64,000 bases of DNA. Source: Catajapyx aquilonaris (taxonomy: Eukaryota). Positions 1 through 14,668 of this stretch are shown here, one piece after another. A program made the position numbers and the translations under genes. Each line of letters begins with the position of its first letter. Position 1 is the stretch's first letter. The notes beneath the pieces were generated by a model. It was not told the DNA's origin. It searched no databases and saw nothing but the letters and a program-made list of their open reading frames with translations. Location of the stretch: positions 62,001-126,000 of the forward strand of contig JYFJ02000123.1 in assembly GCA_000934665.2 (NCBI GenBank), given 5' to 3'.

Positions 1-3000
1 GCAGTTAAAATTTTTGCTCGCAAAACGTGACTCGAAATCTCAAGGCGCATATAATTTTGTTTCTTTTTCTTTTCTTTTTTTTTGTTCTTCAGCTGGCGGA
101 AGCCATAAAGATTATTTCGCCTCAACGTTTCCCCTCCAAGCCCAGGTCTTGTGCTATCAAAAATGAAAAGTGCGAAAGTTTATCATCATTCCGAGGATGT
201 GTTGCAGCAGCTCTGTTCACATGTTTCCATTAATTACAAAACCTAGGAGCGAAAAAAATGGTAGCTCCAGAGAGAGAAAAGTACAGAGTAAGCTTTGGGA
301 TTGCAATCACGATGCTTTGCAACTATGGAAGCTTCTCCTTGGTGTTTCCGTTTGTTTGGTTTACCTCCCGGACATTTCTGGACTGATTTATGAGCCAATA
401 GTAGCGGAATAATCGCCGTCGCGTGGCATTTAATGCGGGATTCCTAACTTTCGAGGGGGTATTTCTTCCTTGTCTGCTGCTCTCGCGAGGCTTTCATCAA
501 GCTATACACTTACTAATTACGCCACCGGTTTTATGGTCACGGCTGGATTAATGTGTTTCGATTGCCATTTTACGAAGCGAGGGGTCAAAAATGTGGAATG
601 AGCAAAAAAGGTTGCTCTTCAAAAGAGGATACGTGTATATTGGACGGTTTTACGAAAAAAATTTGGGGCGTTGGAATGGCTGGTGGCATGGCAATTTGGT
701 TAATAACCGGGGTCTGCCTTGTCAGGGGTTTTGCCCGAAAAGTAATTAATCGCGGTAATAAGTAAAATACGTGCATTAGAATTGAAATTGAAGAGCCTCG
801 GGTCGTGTTTGGTGGGGGAATGCTGGGAAGGGAGGGGGGTGTAAATGAACTTATGTTGGAAATATTGCTTTGATGCTGTGTGCGTATGGTGCAGCAGCCG
901 ATAGATTAAAGTTGTTAGTGATATTGGAAAAGTTTTGAGGGCACGCGGAATGAAGTTAGCCAACATTCAGTTGGCTTGGAACTAGTCCATTGTACAACAA
1001 CAACAAAAATTGCGCCACAAACTCTATTAATGTTGCACGTTACAGTATAAATAGGAATTAGTTTCTAATTATGACTTGTGTAATTTTTATTATTTATCTC
1101 ATAAATATTTTTCGAACTTTTGGGCCAACTTTAAAACCGCAGTGCAGATCCATTTGTGATTTGCTTCGTGAATTATGGATTTGTAGTCATGCTGAAAAAG
1201 CATTGAGTTTTATGTGCCGGGTTAAAGTATAAATTAAATGCATCCGGGCAGTCACCCGGACACAGTGACAGATTCGTGTCAGTCAGGCGTGAGATATTTT
1301 TCATGCTGAATAAAAATGCATTGTCGCATCTACAGGTTTGGCATATAGGCTTGCATCGAAAAAATTTTGGGAGCGAAGTATACAGCACATCTGTTGTCCT
1401 AACAATTATTTCCGATCGATTGTTTCCCCCCTGTCAATTACCCACTTCCGCCATGTCATGCACATGTAACGGGAATGAAAGGTTCTTTGTGAAGCGTTCC
1501 ACGCTTCAAAAGTGCGACAATATCCGTCGGATTTAGAACGCGTGCACTGATAATGGAGGATTTTTCCTCTGAAAAATGAACGCTCCAGAGATGTCTTTTT
1601 GAACCCTGATGACAATGTCTTTGTTGCTAATTTTGCCCTCTCATCAAACCGCTCTGTACATCAAAGGTCGTGTAGTTTTTAATGCTTTTTAGCTGTGTTA
1701 CTTAGACTGAAGAAAAGCTGTTAGTGGAAAGATAAATGGACGAAATGATTACAGGATGGAAAGACGTGCTGGATAGTCAAAAATTAATGGTCGGAAAAGC
1801 AAACACTGTGAAGTGCAGATGCCACACACTGAATCCAAATTACACTCATTAAGAAGCTTGCATAACGACCCTTTAAAGGCCGATATCAATCTTCTGGCTT
1901 ATTAGTTCAAGCATCCGTTACCCCTCCGCACAAATAAATACAAAATCCAGGGCGACACTGAGCATTTGTTTGCCAAGAGAAGATTGAGTTCACGAGTGGT
2001 TAACCTCACTTGTCCCCGAGTCAACAAATTCCGGAAGGTAAACAAAGTCTGCAAGCTTTATACTTGCCTAGCTTGCTGACCTCCCCCCTATTCCTTTTCA
2101 AACCTCCCCACCCCTTATCCACGCTCTAATGAAATTCCTTCCCACATTGCAGTCTTTCTTCTCCGTCCGTGCCAGATTTGGTAAAATGCAAAGCCGCGTT
2201 ATCCGTAATTAGCATCTCTGGCTCTCATTAGAGCAGACCCACAAACCCTCCCTTGCGCCATCTGACGCCTTTCTTATTGTGGCCAGTCCTCCGTTATAAT
2301 TGCGCTAGCCCACCACCCCACACAAAATTTATATCCAGGCTTCTAGGAGATTCCGTTCACTCATCTCACAGCCGCATTTTGCAGTAATTAGCACCAACGA
2401 TCATTATTGTTGCTAACGCTTCCGGAAAAAAAAGTGGCAACAAAAAAAGCGCTATTAATATACCCTATTTTGGAGCGTGTGAAGTGAGGTAATTGGACCA
2501 GAGCGGAGTGCCGTACATTGATGGTAAAGTCATGGTGGAATCGACGTTCTACAGAAAAGCAGGGGGATAAAACCAGGATTTTTCGCGAATCTAGTCTAGA
2601 GAGGAAATGTTTTTTCAATCATTCCCATGTCGGATGTGGGTGCGTGTAATTCGGGAGACTTGGGCCTGCCGTTTGGCGGTGATGAGATCGGAGAAGTTAT
2701 GCGATAGTTCCCAGGACAGTTTTCGGGACTGTCACATAGATACGTGGGATTCGGGGCTGAATAGGAAAGGATGTGGCGATAGGGAATCGTTCTGGCTGCT
2801 TGTAAATCGTCGGATAAAAATATCAAAAAGGAATAAAAGAGTTTTTCTGAGGTGCTTGATTCGCTCCAGTTCTCAAACAAGCCGCGGAAAATTCTGGCTG
2901 TTGGTGCACCAGTGTATGATGAATTTTAATGGAATTTGTATACATATCATTGAAGTTATCCATAATGCTACACTGAACAATGGATTACTAGCGAAGCGGA

Positions 3001-4374
3001 TGATTCGAGCTGCAGCTCACACTGCATAATACCTAATTAACCCGCGCTCACAAAAATAACTATAGGATAAAACTACACATAGCCGGCTAGAACGTTGTGC
3101 TAAAATGAATCCAGATCCTGAGATGTTGGCTCAATTAAAGCAAATAAGTAGTAAATGACTTCCTCTCTAACCAAGTTGTTCTGGGAACATTTACCCCATT
3201 TACATGCAATTATTGAACTGGAGGCGAATGGTAGGTCCTGAATTTAATTTCAAGTGCCTTTAGACCTTAGTCCAAAACATCTATGTACTAAAACTATACG
3301 TGTCAGTTAAAAAGAGTGTTATGCAGTGCAATAAGCATTCTAGAAGTATGATTATGTCGTTATCTGAATCACAGAGTGCATGGTGTCAGGATGCAATTGG
3401 CACAATTATATCGTATAGACATGCAATAGGTCCAATTTTGGAGGTTTCTTTAAGCATTTTCCTGCTCTAATTCCAGGTTAAGTCTATTTAATCCTAAAGA
3501 ATAATAATAAGCCAGCAAGCCAAATTTTATGCCTTCACTTCACTAGGATATACACGACTGCAAGGTCAGATCTTTTGAGTATTCTCATGGTTTTTGGACT
3601 GGGATTTTTCTTCTATGCCAACGATACAGGTCACCTTTACTTTCTTTGCAGCCGTTTCACAGTGATGCAGGTTCGCACACGAATACAGTGCATTTACATA
3701 ATTTGACGATTCGCATGGGATATTTTTGTCTCTCTCAACACTGATTACAGTATATGGTGAACACCTGTTCATGGTCAAAGAATGGACATTTCCCGGCTTA
3801 ACCCCGCAGGCTCGCTTAATTACGCACATATCGTAAGCAGTACAAATTAAGCTGTAATTGCTTCATTTACGGACCAGTGCGTCTCAGGAGTCGCGTTCTT
3901 CCCTGAGGCACATGAACGACGCACATATCTCTCGGTACCCCCTGGTCATCAGGTACCCCCTTTTTTCCCTACCCCGAGGCGCATTAAAAGCCCTTTAAAA
4001 CTGGCAATCTCCCCTGGTTTTCCGCTTTAACTGCCCCGCCTTGAAGCCAGATGATGCTCGTAATTCCCATTTCCCCCTCCTACTACTACCTACTTCTGCT
4101 CTTATTTATCAACACCGCTTGCCTACTAATGGGGCACTTTCCAGCTTGCGTCCAGAATCAAGTCGGTGGAGTACACAATTCATAAGCGTCGCACGCGGAT
4201 CTGATTTGGAGCATGTACGTTGGGCTATGGGCATTTTGAAGGGTTGCAATGGCTTTTGTTTGACTTGTACAATGCAAGTTAAACAATGGGTATCCTGAAA
4301 TGTTGAGAGTTGAACGAGATAGCGGAAAAAATTGGGATTGTGTTCGCTTAGAAATTAGGGATCTTGTTACGGAT

Positions 4375-4417
4375 TGTCCGACTGTCCGAGATATACTGTC
4401 CGACTGTCCGAGATATA
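4375..4417. repeat. Tandem duplication, 22-bp period (TGTCCGACTGTCCGAGATATA x2)
   Basis: Two identical 21-mers at 4375-4395 and 4397-4417. Confidence 0.9.
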
Positions 4418-7400
4418 GGGCATATCTGAATTTTATGCCTCTAACTGTAAGATAAAATCAGTTTATGGCAAGTGAAAGGAGTCATGCAGAGTGTAACTTG
4501 CAGATTGTGCATTATGCTCTGTAAGTTGGGTTTATCCAAGATAAGCATAAATTTGCCTAGAGTTGTTTGAAGGAAAACGCTATCCTCTGTATAGTCTGTA
4601 ATGTAGACTCCAGTAACTTTCATACGCCATTTTTGCCTGATGCCGTTTGTTAGGTTTGAGCCAATATTACATTGCTAATGTCCAAAAATTGTGAGCAAGT
4701 ATTAACTTTTGTTCTCTCCGCATACATGAACTATAGTTAAACCGTGCAATTTCCGGAGTAAACGGCTTCGCCTCCTAAAACTCATATGAATGCCAATCCA
4801 GTTGTCAGTATATGCGCAGCCATTTCTGCAGCAATCAGGAAAGTGCTCAAACCATAACGTTGACGTAAATCCAGACCGGGAATAAACTCACACATGGCAA
4901 TGGGGGGTGAAAGTCGAATTTTCAATATGTCACTTCCACATCGAGCCTTCCACCCCCCCCCCCCTCCCTCCGTAAAAAAAACTCGTTGGGAAAATTGGGC
5001 TGGGGAGAATTACAATGAAAAGGGGGAGAGTCCTGTGTCGGAGCTTCCTTCCGAGTGAACGGTCACTAACAGACGTGTTTAGGGGTCGGGAAATAAATCC
5101 GGCGTAACGAACGGTAGGGGCCTCCCGCAAATCTGTCCGCCACCATGCATTTCACACCAGGCAATCCTCCGTTTGACGTGGAGCATACATGTATACATAT
5201 AGAGAGAGGCTGGTGGTGGTATAGGGTGTGCCATCGATCCTGTAGCTCCTCCCTAGTGCAATGTCAATTTTCCTTCCGCTGTCTCATTCTGGTTTAATCC
5301 GGCGGGGTCCACGAGGAGCCCACATGTTTTCTCATAATGCCTCTGCGAAATGTCCGCCTGCTCCTTGCCCGCTGGATGAACGGCGCATTTGCCATCCTAA
5401 GGCCTTGTGGCTCTGGATGCGGTCATTTTGCTGGCACGCTTGGCTTCACGTACTTCCGAATATGCATAATCCGGTTTGCCGACGTTGTCCAGTCATGGCG
5501 TATATGACGCCAAGGTGCAGGTGATGAATTTCACATGCCGTTTGGCGATTTGTACAGTTTCTCAGTATATTTTGAGTGAAGTGCTGCTCACACTCCTCTA
5601 CATTTGATTTCCTGAAATGCTGATTGATCAGTCACAATAATTGAGTGACAGTTTGATATCCGTATGAGATTTTTAAAAAAACATTTCCCTCAGGGATTGA
5701 CTAACTTCATCATCGTAACGTATACGTCAAAACTGTACCATAGAGACGCCTAACTCAAATTCGACCGATCGTTCTTCATTTGAAATGGCACCAACTCCCT
5801 TTTATAAAAATCAGCCAAACCATCCCTAAAGCCTTGCCTAAAGCAACGGACGTCAATCTCAAGTAAATGTTTAATCACATGGGTAAAAAATTTCCTCTAA
5901 GACTTATGTTATTGATTTCACTCGAAATTATTGGCGCCAGTGACAAAACTGAGGAAATAATTTGGAGAATAAAGAACTTAAGTAGAGTGTGACACAAGTC
6001 GTTCATTGGTCTCCATAAGTATGTAAGTTCAGACCTTTATGACAAGTACTCTAACAAAACTATGATAAATTCGGTTACATAAGTTGCAAGATTTCTATAA
6101 AAAGATATATTCGCCTGACTGGTGGAGCTCCATTGTGGAAGAAAATAGGAGGAAAGGGAAAGCTTGTCTCGTCGGATGGTGGCCTCAGGGATTTACTCTC
6201 GGCGCTTCTTTACGAGTGTCCCAAGCCCTTTCGTCTCTCAAAGGCGACGCCAAAGATACCCATCCCGGGAGTAACATCCCCGCAGACTCTTGTTTATGGA
6301 CATTGCCCGCTTTTTTGCGCTGTGTGTATCAAAAACGGAAGCCGCTATGTTGCGGAAATTTATGGTGGAATGTGCCTCATGCAGTATTTATTTTTCAATT
6401 TCTGGTGCTTTTTTGCCCCCTATTATGGATGCATATTGGAGACTTTAATGTCATGTTTTTTTGTGAAGGGAGGCTGTTTAAATGTCAGCACTGATGAATG
6501 AAGACAGTTACAAAATACCAGGCTCACAGCCACATTCTGGAAACTGGTGTAGTGATACGGCCTTATTAGGCAGCTGAATATAGTATTTTTCAAATAAAAT
6601 GTGCTTTGAAAGCACTTAGCATGAACTTGAACTGTTGTTCCTTTTTGCTTATCTAGCAGAGTATCAAAAGCACATTTCACTGATGTATTGAATGTTACTC
6701 TAATGTTTTACTTAGTTGAACCTCATTCGGATGGACTGTTTGATGCTCCAACCAACAAGGCCTTTGACCTATATGGAATGCATTTCCCTACAGCTGTGTT
6801 CGATTAATACATATACGACAATGCTTTTCTTCCATTCATGAACTTTCAGCAAACATGTTTACCTTACTGCTCCAGTGGATCTCGAAAGGCCGCGGTAATC
6901 TGATTTTTGCAAAGGAAGCAGAAATGGTTGTTTTGACAAGCGCTCCTTTGAAAGAGCTGTCTGATGCTCACCTTAAAAGTTCAGGCATTTATTGCGGGCC
7001 GTTTTATTGAAAATGTTATATTCATAAAACCGCAAACCGGAATTGTTGTTTTAGCCTTCCCTGCAAAGTAAGGCGTATTTTGACATACTGTACGAGTATG
7101 TAAAAATACCATGCAGTGCAACACTCCTTTGGAAATATATAGTGGTGTCGAAGATTCGATCCAACTCCGGGCATTCTGTGCTGCCAGGGGCAGGTATCTC
7201 CTTCATAAATCTGATATTGTCAGATATTGCATCGAAATATCAAATCCATGAATTTTTACCCACTCCCTGAGAGACGTCGTACTGCTGTTCAAGAATGCGA
7301 GATAGCATGCAGAGTTCTTTGTTCCCAACCTGCTGACAAAGTTCGCGAAAAAACCTGGCAGAAAATGGGATTTTTTTTTCGGCGGGAAGCCGATGAATGC

Positions 7401-10400
7401 AGGTCGAAACTTATCTGGTGTGGTCGCGAGTCAGTCGCACATGTCACATCCAGTCCCATTGTTGCTTGTCTCGCAGGGTGGAAATGGACGGAAAACTCCA
7501 TTGCGATCTGCCCGAGTGGAGCGTCGCGTCGTAAAGCGCCGGGTGCCCGTTAAATGCCATTTGGGCAAACGTATCAAAGGTCCTCCCATAAAAATAAAAC
7601 AAACGAGCTCCACAGGCGGCTGGGAGATAATCACCTGCCAAACTGGAAATTGTGCGATTGTTTCCGGGCACCCCATTGTTCTACCCAGGAACTTTGCCTT
7701 GTTCACCAAGATCAATCGGATCTAGGACCCGATAGAAATGAATAGGACCCTTCTGGTAAATGTTCTTTAAAAAAAATGTCAAAGGCATTCATCGTCCTTT
7801 TTTTTCCACATAGCTGTGCTGATTTCCTTCGTTTTTTGGTGCTGGGGACCCTCCGGCACATTTCCGCTGCTCATTTTCCTTGATTGCGACGACTTTTTAA
7901 CGGTCCTCTGTTGTTGTGCAAATCTCCCCTAATTCGCCATTTGACTCGCAAAGGGTCCTTTTAATTATTCGTTCTTTTCTTAAATTAATGAATGGGGCGG
8001 ATGTGGAGGTATAGCCGCCCGCCGATTATTCAAGCCGTGTGACTTTTATAGTGTTCGCCAAACTTTGGAGCGTTAATTTCGCCGACTTCAATTTGGAAAC
8101 TACGCAGGGCATGTGACTAGTTTTATACTTGATTTTGAACTCATTTTGCGACAGCCAGAAAAATTGACGCCTATTTAAATTCTGCATAACTTGGCTGCCG
8201 TGTAATTATGCTGCTACCGTTATAGTCTTTTGGTCTTAACCATTTTGCGGAGATAATTGCGAACATTTCGGTTTAACGGAATAACTGACCATTCTTGGAA
8301 GATGTTATATCCCAGAAACATGAGCAGGATATTCTCTATTTAATTAAATAGTACGGAAAAAATTATTGGAGCCAAAAGACAAAATATCAACTAGATCATT
8401 TTATTTTCGAAATCTTAAATCCTAGAAAAAGTTAACGGGTTTTATCATTCTGTGTAAGTAAAAATGTTTGACTTTACGTCTGTCGGTATGTTCTGTACAT
8501 TACAACACAGTAGCGACATTGATAACTGCTCTCACATAATGCAGTTGTTGAGTATAAACTTGTTTGCCTTCACTGCCTTCCTACCTGGTTGCTCATAAAA
8601 TGAGTCATTGTCGAATGTTGTTCCCGTTCGCAAGTGCGGATGTAAGCCGACTGAATATAAAACAGTGCTCATTGCGTTAATGGCAAGTCAAACTGGCGGA
8701 ATGATTATAAACACCCGCATTAGCACATAAATGACTGTTAAGCGTGATTAATCATGTGTAGATGGTCCTATGTGTACAATGTTTCATGTCATTTTTAGTA
8801 TGTTCATGCAGGGCAGTACTGACGAGAACCTGTATATTGCCAACCGTTTTACTAAATCTGACACACTCTGCCGCTCGAAAAAAAAAATCCCTTTTTGGCA
8901 ACATGTGCTGCAAAGGTTGAAGCGCTTCAGTTGCGGGCTGAAATGGATTGATCCGATCTAATTAATTACATAATGGATGCAGTTTGGTCATGGTTAGCGA
9001 CATCTGGAAGCAAATTCAAACGGACACACAAAGTTTAAAAGCCCCATGTCCATTGCCGTGATTGCTCATTCATTTTGTTCTGGCCACCTCTAATTGCCCA
9101 TATTGTAATAACACGCCGTTATAATAATTGCCAACACTTGACCCAGTTGCATTGAACGAGTTTGAAAACGGGTTGCTAATGCAGAGGATCAGATTACATG
9201 AAATGCATTCATAGCAAACAATTACGCAGAGTATCAGACAACAATGCATTTTTAGCATGCTGTACTCTTAGTCATGTTTTATGAAGGTGTAAAACATGTT
9301 GTGTTGTACTGTACTGTATACAGTACTGTACGCCTGCAGGATATGCCTCGTCTGATACAAGGGTGCTGTTGCCTACCAGGTCAGGATGAACTTTGACTGC
9401 ATTGTAGACTGTTCATCATGGCCACAACGAGTATCTATGAGTACTTTTAATTCCGGTGAAATTAATGACAATAATGTTACAATTTAGTAAAATACACGTC
9501 CTTAAATGTGGGATAACATTCCGAGAATTCAACTAGTACGTCCAGAGTCCAAGTGAATACTGGCCAGCCTTTAAAGAAGGGGTTGTTCAGAAGTGACCAA
9601 ACTCGGAGGTGGCCTCCGTGCCTTGGCGACAAGGAACAAACGAAGCTCTCCTAGTCCTGGTGCACGTTTTACGGCTCCATGCCACATGTATTTAGATGGG
9701 CAAATCTTTTGCCTTCGGGGCCACTTGTACCCTTACGGAGTAGTCCTTTCAGGGGGATCTTAACCCCCCATGTTACGCGAGGGTTGCTCTCACCTTTTGG
9801 GAACATTCCAAGGGAATGAGAACTCCGGTCAACCGATTTAATGCGCCATTATTTTCTTCTGCTTCCCAGGAACTGCTAGCCGTATTATTTTACAGCCTTG
9901 CTCAGATTTTCCACTAAGAAAAGCCAGGTGCGCCACGTATAAACTTGGGAATGACAATGCTGATGAAATACCCGCAGCCATAGCAGTACTAAAATGGGTT
10001 TCTCCCTCGTCTGGCAATCTGGCATGACCATAATTTATTTTGCTGTATTGTTGTATTTCAGCCCGCCTCTCACGCAATGATTTACACATTCAATAACATC
10101 CCTTCCCACAATATTATTTATACTCTGTGGCTACATTGTACAAATATTACGATGATATACGATGTTCATAAACATAGAAATTTATGGATGGCTGTACATA
10201 TAAGCTACATGTACAGTACCGTAGAAATTCTGAAAGCGATATCCGATTGGACCAGGCTTTTCTCCCATAAGTTCAATGCACGATGGAAATCTACGGCCAT
10301 TTATACGGCGGTCCGACCGCAACAGAAATCCGGGGCCTTCCATTGGCGAATATGAGCGCAGGGAGATAAAACTCGCTTCGGGACCCAATTTGCCAACTTT

Positions 10401-13400
10401 ATGCCTAAGTCAAATACCCACCCATAAAGTTTATAATATCGGTTCCTTACCCGCCTCCCATTTCCTCCCCAAACCCTAAGAAGTTGGTAGTCGTAAAAGG
10501 GAAGGATTAATGCAGTCAAGCGTTCTCTGAATGCAAATGGCTATAGACGGTGTAAAAAAAAATATAGAAAAATAGTCTGGAAGGTGTGGGGGATACTAGA
10601 GGGGGTTAAATTTTGTGCCTGCTTGTACCTCCGCAGTCTCCAAGTTTCTTGAGGGCACTACGAGTTTTCGCATCAGCTTCTTTTTTTTTACGACAACCGC
10701 GTAACTCGGCCGTTATGAATTGCCAGTGAAAAAATGGCGAGCGTAAATCGCCGCAATTTTCTCGCCGCTAGAAACAGCGCATATGAAAGGTCGATTAGCG
10801 ATATTGGACAGCCAACTGTGCATCAAAGGAGAAAAAAAAATTATCTGAAGGAATTACACTGGCAGATTCAGGGGATCACTGTATAAAGTTATGGAGCGGA
10901 CTTTTCGACACTTAACCTGACGTCGTAAACAAGATGTCCAAGTGGAAAGGCGAAACTTGCCAAGGAGCTGGGTTGCTCGGGGGCGGCAGTAAAGGAACAA
11001 CGTCGTCCGCCAACTTTCTCCCCCGCGCATGACGTCATAAAAAAGAGTCTAAGGGTAGCCTATTTCCTTTTGGAGGAGTGGAATCAGCCATCAAGGGAGC
11101 CTGACTTGGCGATTTTCGTGCCAAAGGCCAATTGTAGCGCCTTCTAGAAACCCTCGCTGGCAATTAAAGTCGCAAGAATGTGATTGGAACAGTGGCGTAA
11201 AATTAGGCTGATGTAAATTGAAAAGTTACTGCAAACAATGGTCGTGTGTAGTACTGTACTTGAAGGTATGTAGACAGCCAAAACCATATTATACGCACTG
11301 TCAACACTGGCCGCAGACCCAACTCCTGTCCACTGGAACGACAGTTTGGATTATTCACGCAGGCAGTTTTAGGCCGGTCGACGTTAAACTAAAACAGTGT
11401 TATGTATGTAAATTTGTTGCTCAATATACAGGGTGTTGTACTGCTCAAGTTTCTAGTTCAAGAGTGGAGTAAGTGAAGACGTTATGAATTGTTCACACTC
11501 ATGCAAGCAAATCAAATGTTGATTGCATGCTTCATATTAAACGTATTGCTGAGGTATACGATCCATATTTATTTCACTATCCTCCTATTGAATTTGGGAC
11601 GTGGACAGTGCACCACCCTGTTCCACTGTAAAGGATTTCTAGGAGGTTGCGTCCTAGAAAGTCACGCGCATGTACCAGACTGTAGTGATTTTGCTCAACA
11701 CATGCTAATTACTTTTAACATTATTTCGTTACGGCAGGTACAAAATTTTGCATTCTCATTTGTGGACAATGCGGTCTGTCGCATAGCCTCAAGTGACGTC
11801 TTCAACAATGGGAGCGGGCTAAAACATGACCGACTGGAATGCGCACTGTACCACTGGAAAGATAAATCACAATTTGTGGAGATGGCAAAGCTAGTTAAAA
11901 ACGTTACACAACATTTTATTACCTTACAGCTGCATATATAGCAATAGGACAGGTACTCAACTCTCCCACCATATTTTAACAGAGTACCCTGTTAAGGTTC
12001 CTCCAGGAGATTCGTGGGTCCATTTGATTGGAGCCGCTACAAACTCCGACAATGTCCGATTCGCTACAAAACCCCTGGAATCTTGAGCACGCGATAAAGC
12101 GGAACAAGTGCGCAAATAGCCCATTTGAGCAGCTGTAGAGGGCAGAATAAGTTCGCCCTTAACTTGTGTCAATAGAGCCTAGGAGGGCTTTGCTCTCTCT
12201 CGCCAGAATGTGTGTGACCCCCGTATTTTGTCCCTATGTGAAACACACTCGATTTCTTCCGCACTTTGGAGGCTCAAAGGAGGATCAAGGAGTGACGGAA
12301 ATCAGTAGAGCAGAATAGGATGGGAGGCCAGGACCTTGATTTATACCGCATGCTTATCAGTGTCGTAACGTCGTCTGGGAATGACGGAAGGGCTTTACGA
12401 CAGTTCGGGACTGGAAGGGAGAGAGAAAAAAAAATGAAGGGCTGAGGATGTGCTTTGCTTTTGGCGGGAGATAATCCTCAGGGGGCAAAAGGTGCACTTG
12501 CCGCAGGATTGGTACGACTGGAGTAATTACTTTGTCGTTGAAGACTAAGAGGATCCCAGAAAGTGCTTTGAAAATTCTCTTTCTGCTGCCTTTCCAGACC
12601 GGGAAGTGATTACTATAATGATGATGGGAAAGGACGACTCTCTCGGTGCTGAAAGGAGAAAGCAAATAAATACGTGCAATATTCCACCGAGTTAATTTCG
12701 GCGGTGCGTCTCTGAAATTGCAGATTTTAGGTGGAAAAAACGACTTAATTTGATTTTGTTAATTATTTTGGAATCGTATAGCCGATAGACGAGCGTATAA
12801 TTAATTGCAGGCGGTGATTGGCACGTTACACGAGTCACATTGAATAAACGTGTCGGAACATGTCCAATTACACTTTTACAGCCGGTAGTAAAACTTTGCA
12901 GTGCAGTCCAAATGCAGCATATTTACTCTCTGTATCTGAAAGCAGGCTACAGTTGCCCAAACAAAAGTGGCAAAAAAGTGAAACTATGCGAAAAGCAAGT
13001 TGTTTACGTTCCGACGCGGAAAATTTACAGTGCATGTAGCCACATTTTACTGCTGATACCCGGCTGTTATCACCCCCTTTTTTCTGCGGCATCCTGTACT
13101 CTAGTGTGTATTCTGACGGAAGTATCTCATTTTGAGGGGGGAAGGGATCCCTTAATAATGAGCAGGTAATTGATGCAAATCCGCCAGGTGATGACAACTT
13201 CGTCGGAAGGGACCGTAATGTGATAAAGTGCTGATGGGATTCTCCAGCACCGAGGGTCTAGTCATTTTGCGTAATTAAAGGAGATACGAAAAACACGTAC
13301 GTAAATTTAGAGGGTAGAAAAATGCTTGACACGCCACACCGAAACAAATTAATACAAACCGGACATTAATCCGATCATACGTCGGGCGTCCGAATTCCGC

Positions 13401-14622
13401 ACGAATATTGCGCAAATTCCGTTTATAATTAGAAAATGCGTTTGTTTAGACCCGGTGATTAATGCACATCGATGTAAACTCGTTAGGAATCGTCGTCGTG
13501 CATGAGCGAATGTGAGAAGTCCCAGGGTGTGTTTCGGCCCTGAAGAGATGGATGTACCCAGTCATAGTTTGCCTACTAGGTGTAGTTTAGAGGCTGACTC
13601 CATTGGGGGGAGGATCGTACTTAAAATGTCAGCTTGTAATCAGATAGTTGAGAGGTTCTCTTTAATCTCCGCAAGTGCAGCTGCAAGTCTGAAGCCAACC
13701 GGAGCGGAAAGGACATGGAAGGCCAGTCTACCAGTTTTTTTTTTGACTTTTTTGGGGGGAGGGGAGAATTCAGGCGGACCTTTCCCTCCAAATGGAAGTT
13801 CATAGCCAGCACTATAGGGTCAATGCGGCGCCGAGGGCCACAAGGGACAAGGGCTTGATCATTAGAATCGGATGGACAATTGGGAGTTTCGAGATCCGAA
13901 GATGTGGAGGGACTTTAATGCTAATTTGTCTCTTAAAGGCGAGGGGAGGTGATGTAGAAAGGGCTATCGCTCAATGCCATAGGGCCATTGGGAGTGCCGA
14001 TCTGTCTTCATGTTTTTCGAGAGAGAAAAAAGTGTTGGAAATGTGCTGAACACACGGGCTTCCGAATAGCTCAAAGCTGACTCACGGCATTGTGAAACTT
14101 GTTTTGTGCAAAATGAAATACTTGTCTAAATTACTTGGAAGTTAGTCAGGCCTGTATATGAACTCAGCTTTTGGCAGAAGTACAATCCGATTTATACCAC
14201 GCCTTTTTTAAAAATAATTTGGAGGAATCCCAAGGGTTTTAATACTGCAAGTTCGCGTAGACCATAGAGGACATACTCGTACATCTAACTGGTAAGAAGT
14301 ATGTCTTAAAACGAGGTGAAAGCACTGGCGCGTCTAGACCAATTCACCAATGTCGTCATTAAATTCCCAGGGTTCCGTGTATTGCAGGCCATAAAAGTTG
14401 GTCGTGAGTGAGGGAGGGGCAAGCTGACACATTGAGACAAGATAGCGTCGCGTTCGAGTGTGACAAGTGACGTTAGATTATGCAAACTGCCAAGCAAAGG
14501 CCACGTCTTGAGGACCCGAGGCACTTACCAGATGTAATTGCATCTTGTGTTAGTCATATTGCGAGGCGCTTCCCATGCCATTGAGTCGGATGTAATCTGG
14601 CGCAGCATCCAGCTGACTTTCC

Positions 14623-14628
<6 letters not shown>

Positions 14629-14664
<36 letters not shown>
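14629..14664. repeat. (AG)n microsatellite
   Basis: About 18 uninterrupted AG units; explains the RERERE/LSLSLS stretches in overlapping ORFs. Confidence 0.95.
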
Positions 14665-14668
<4 letters not shown>

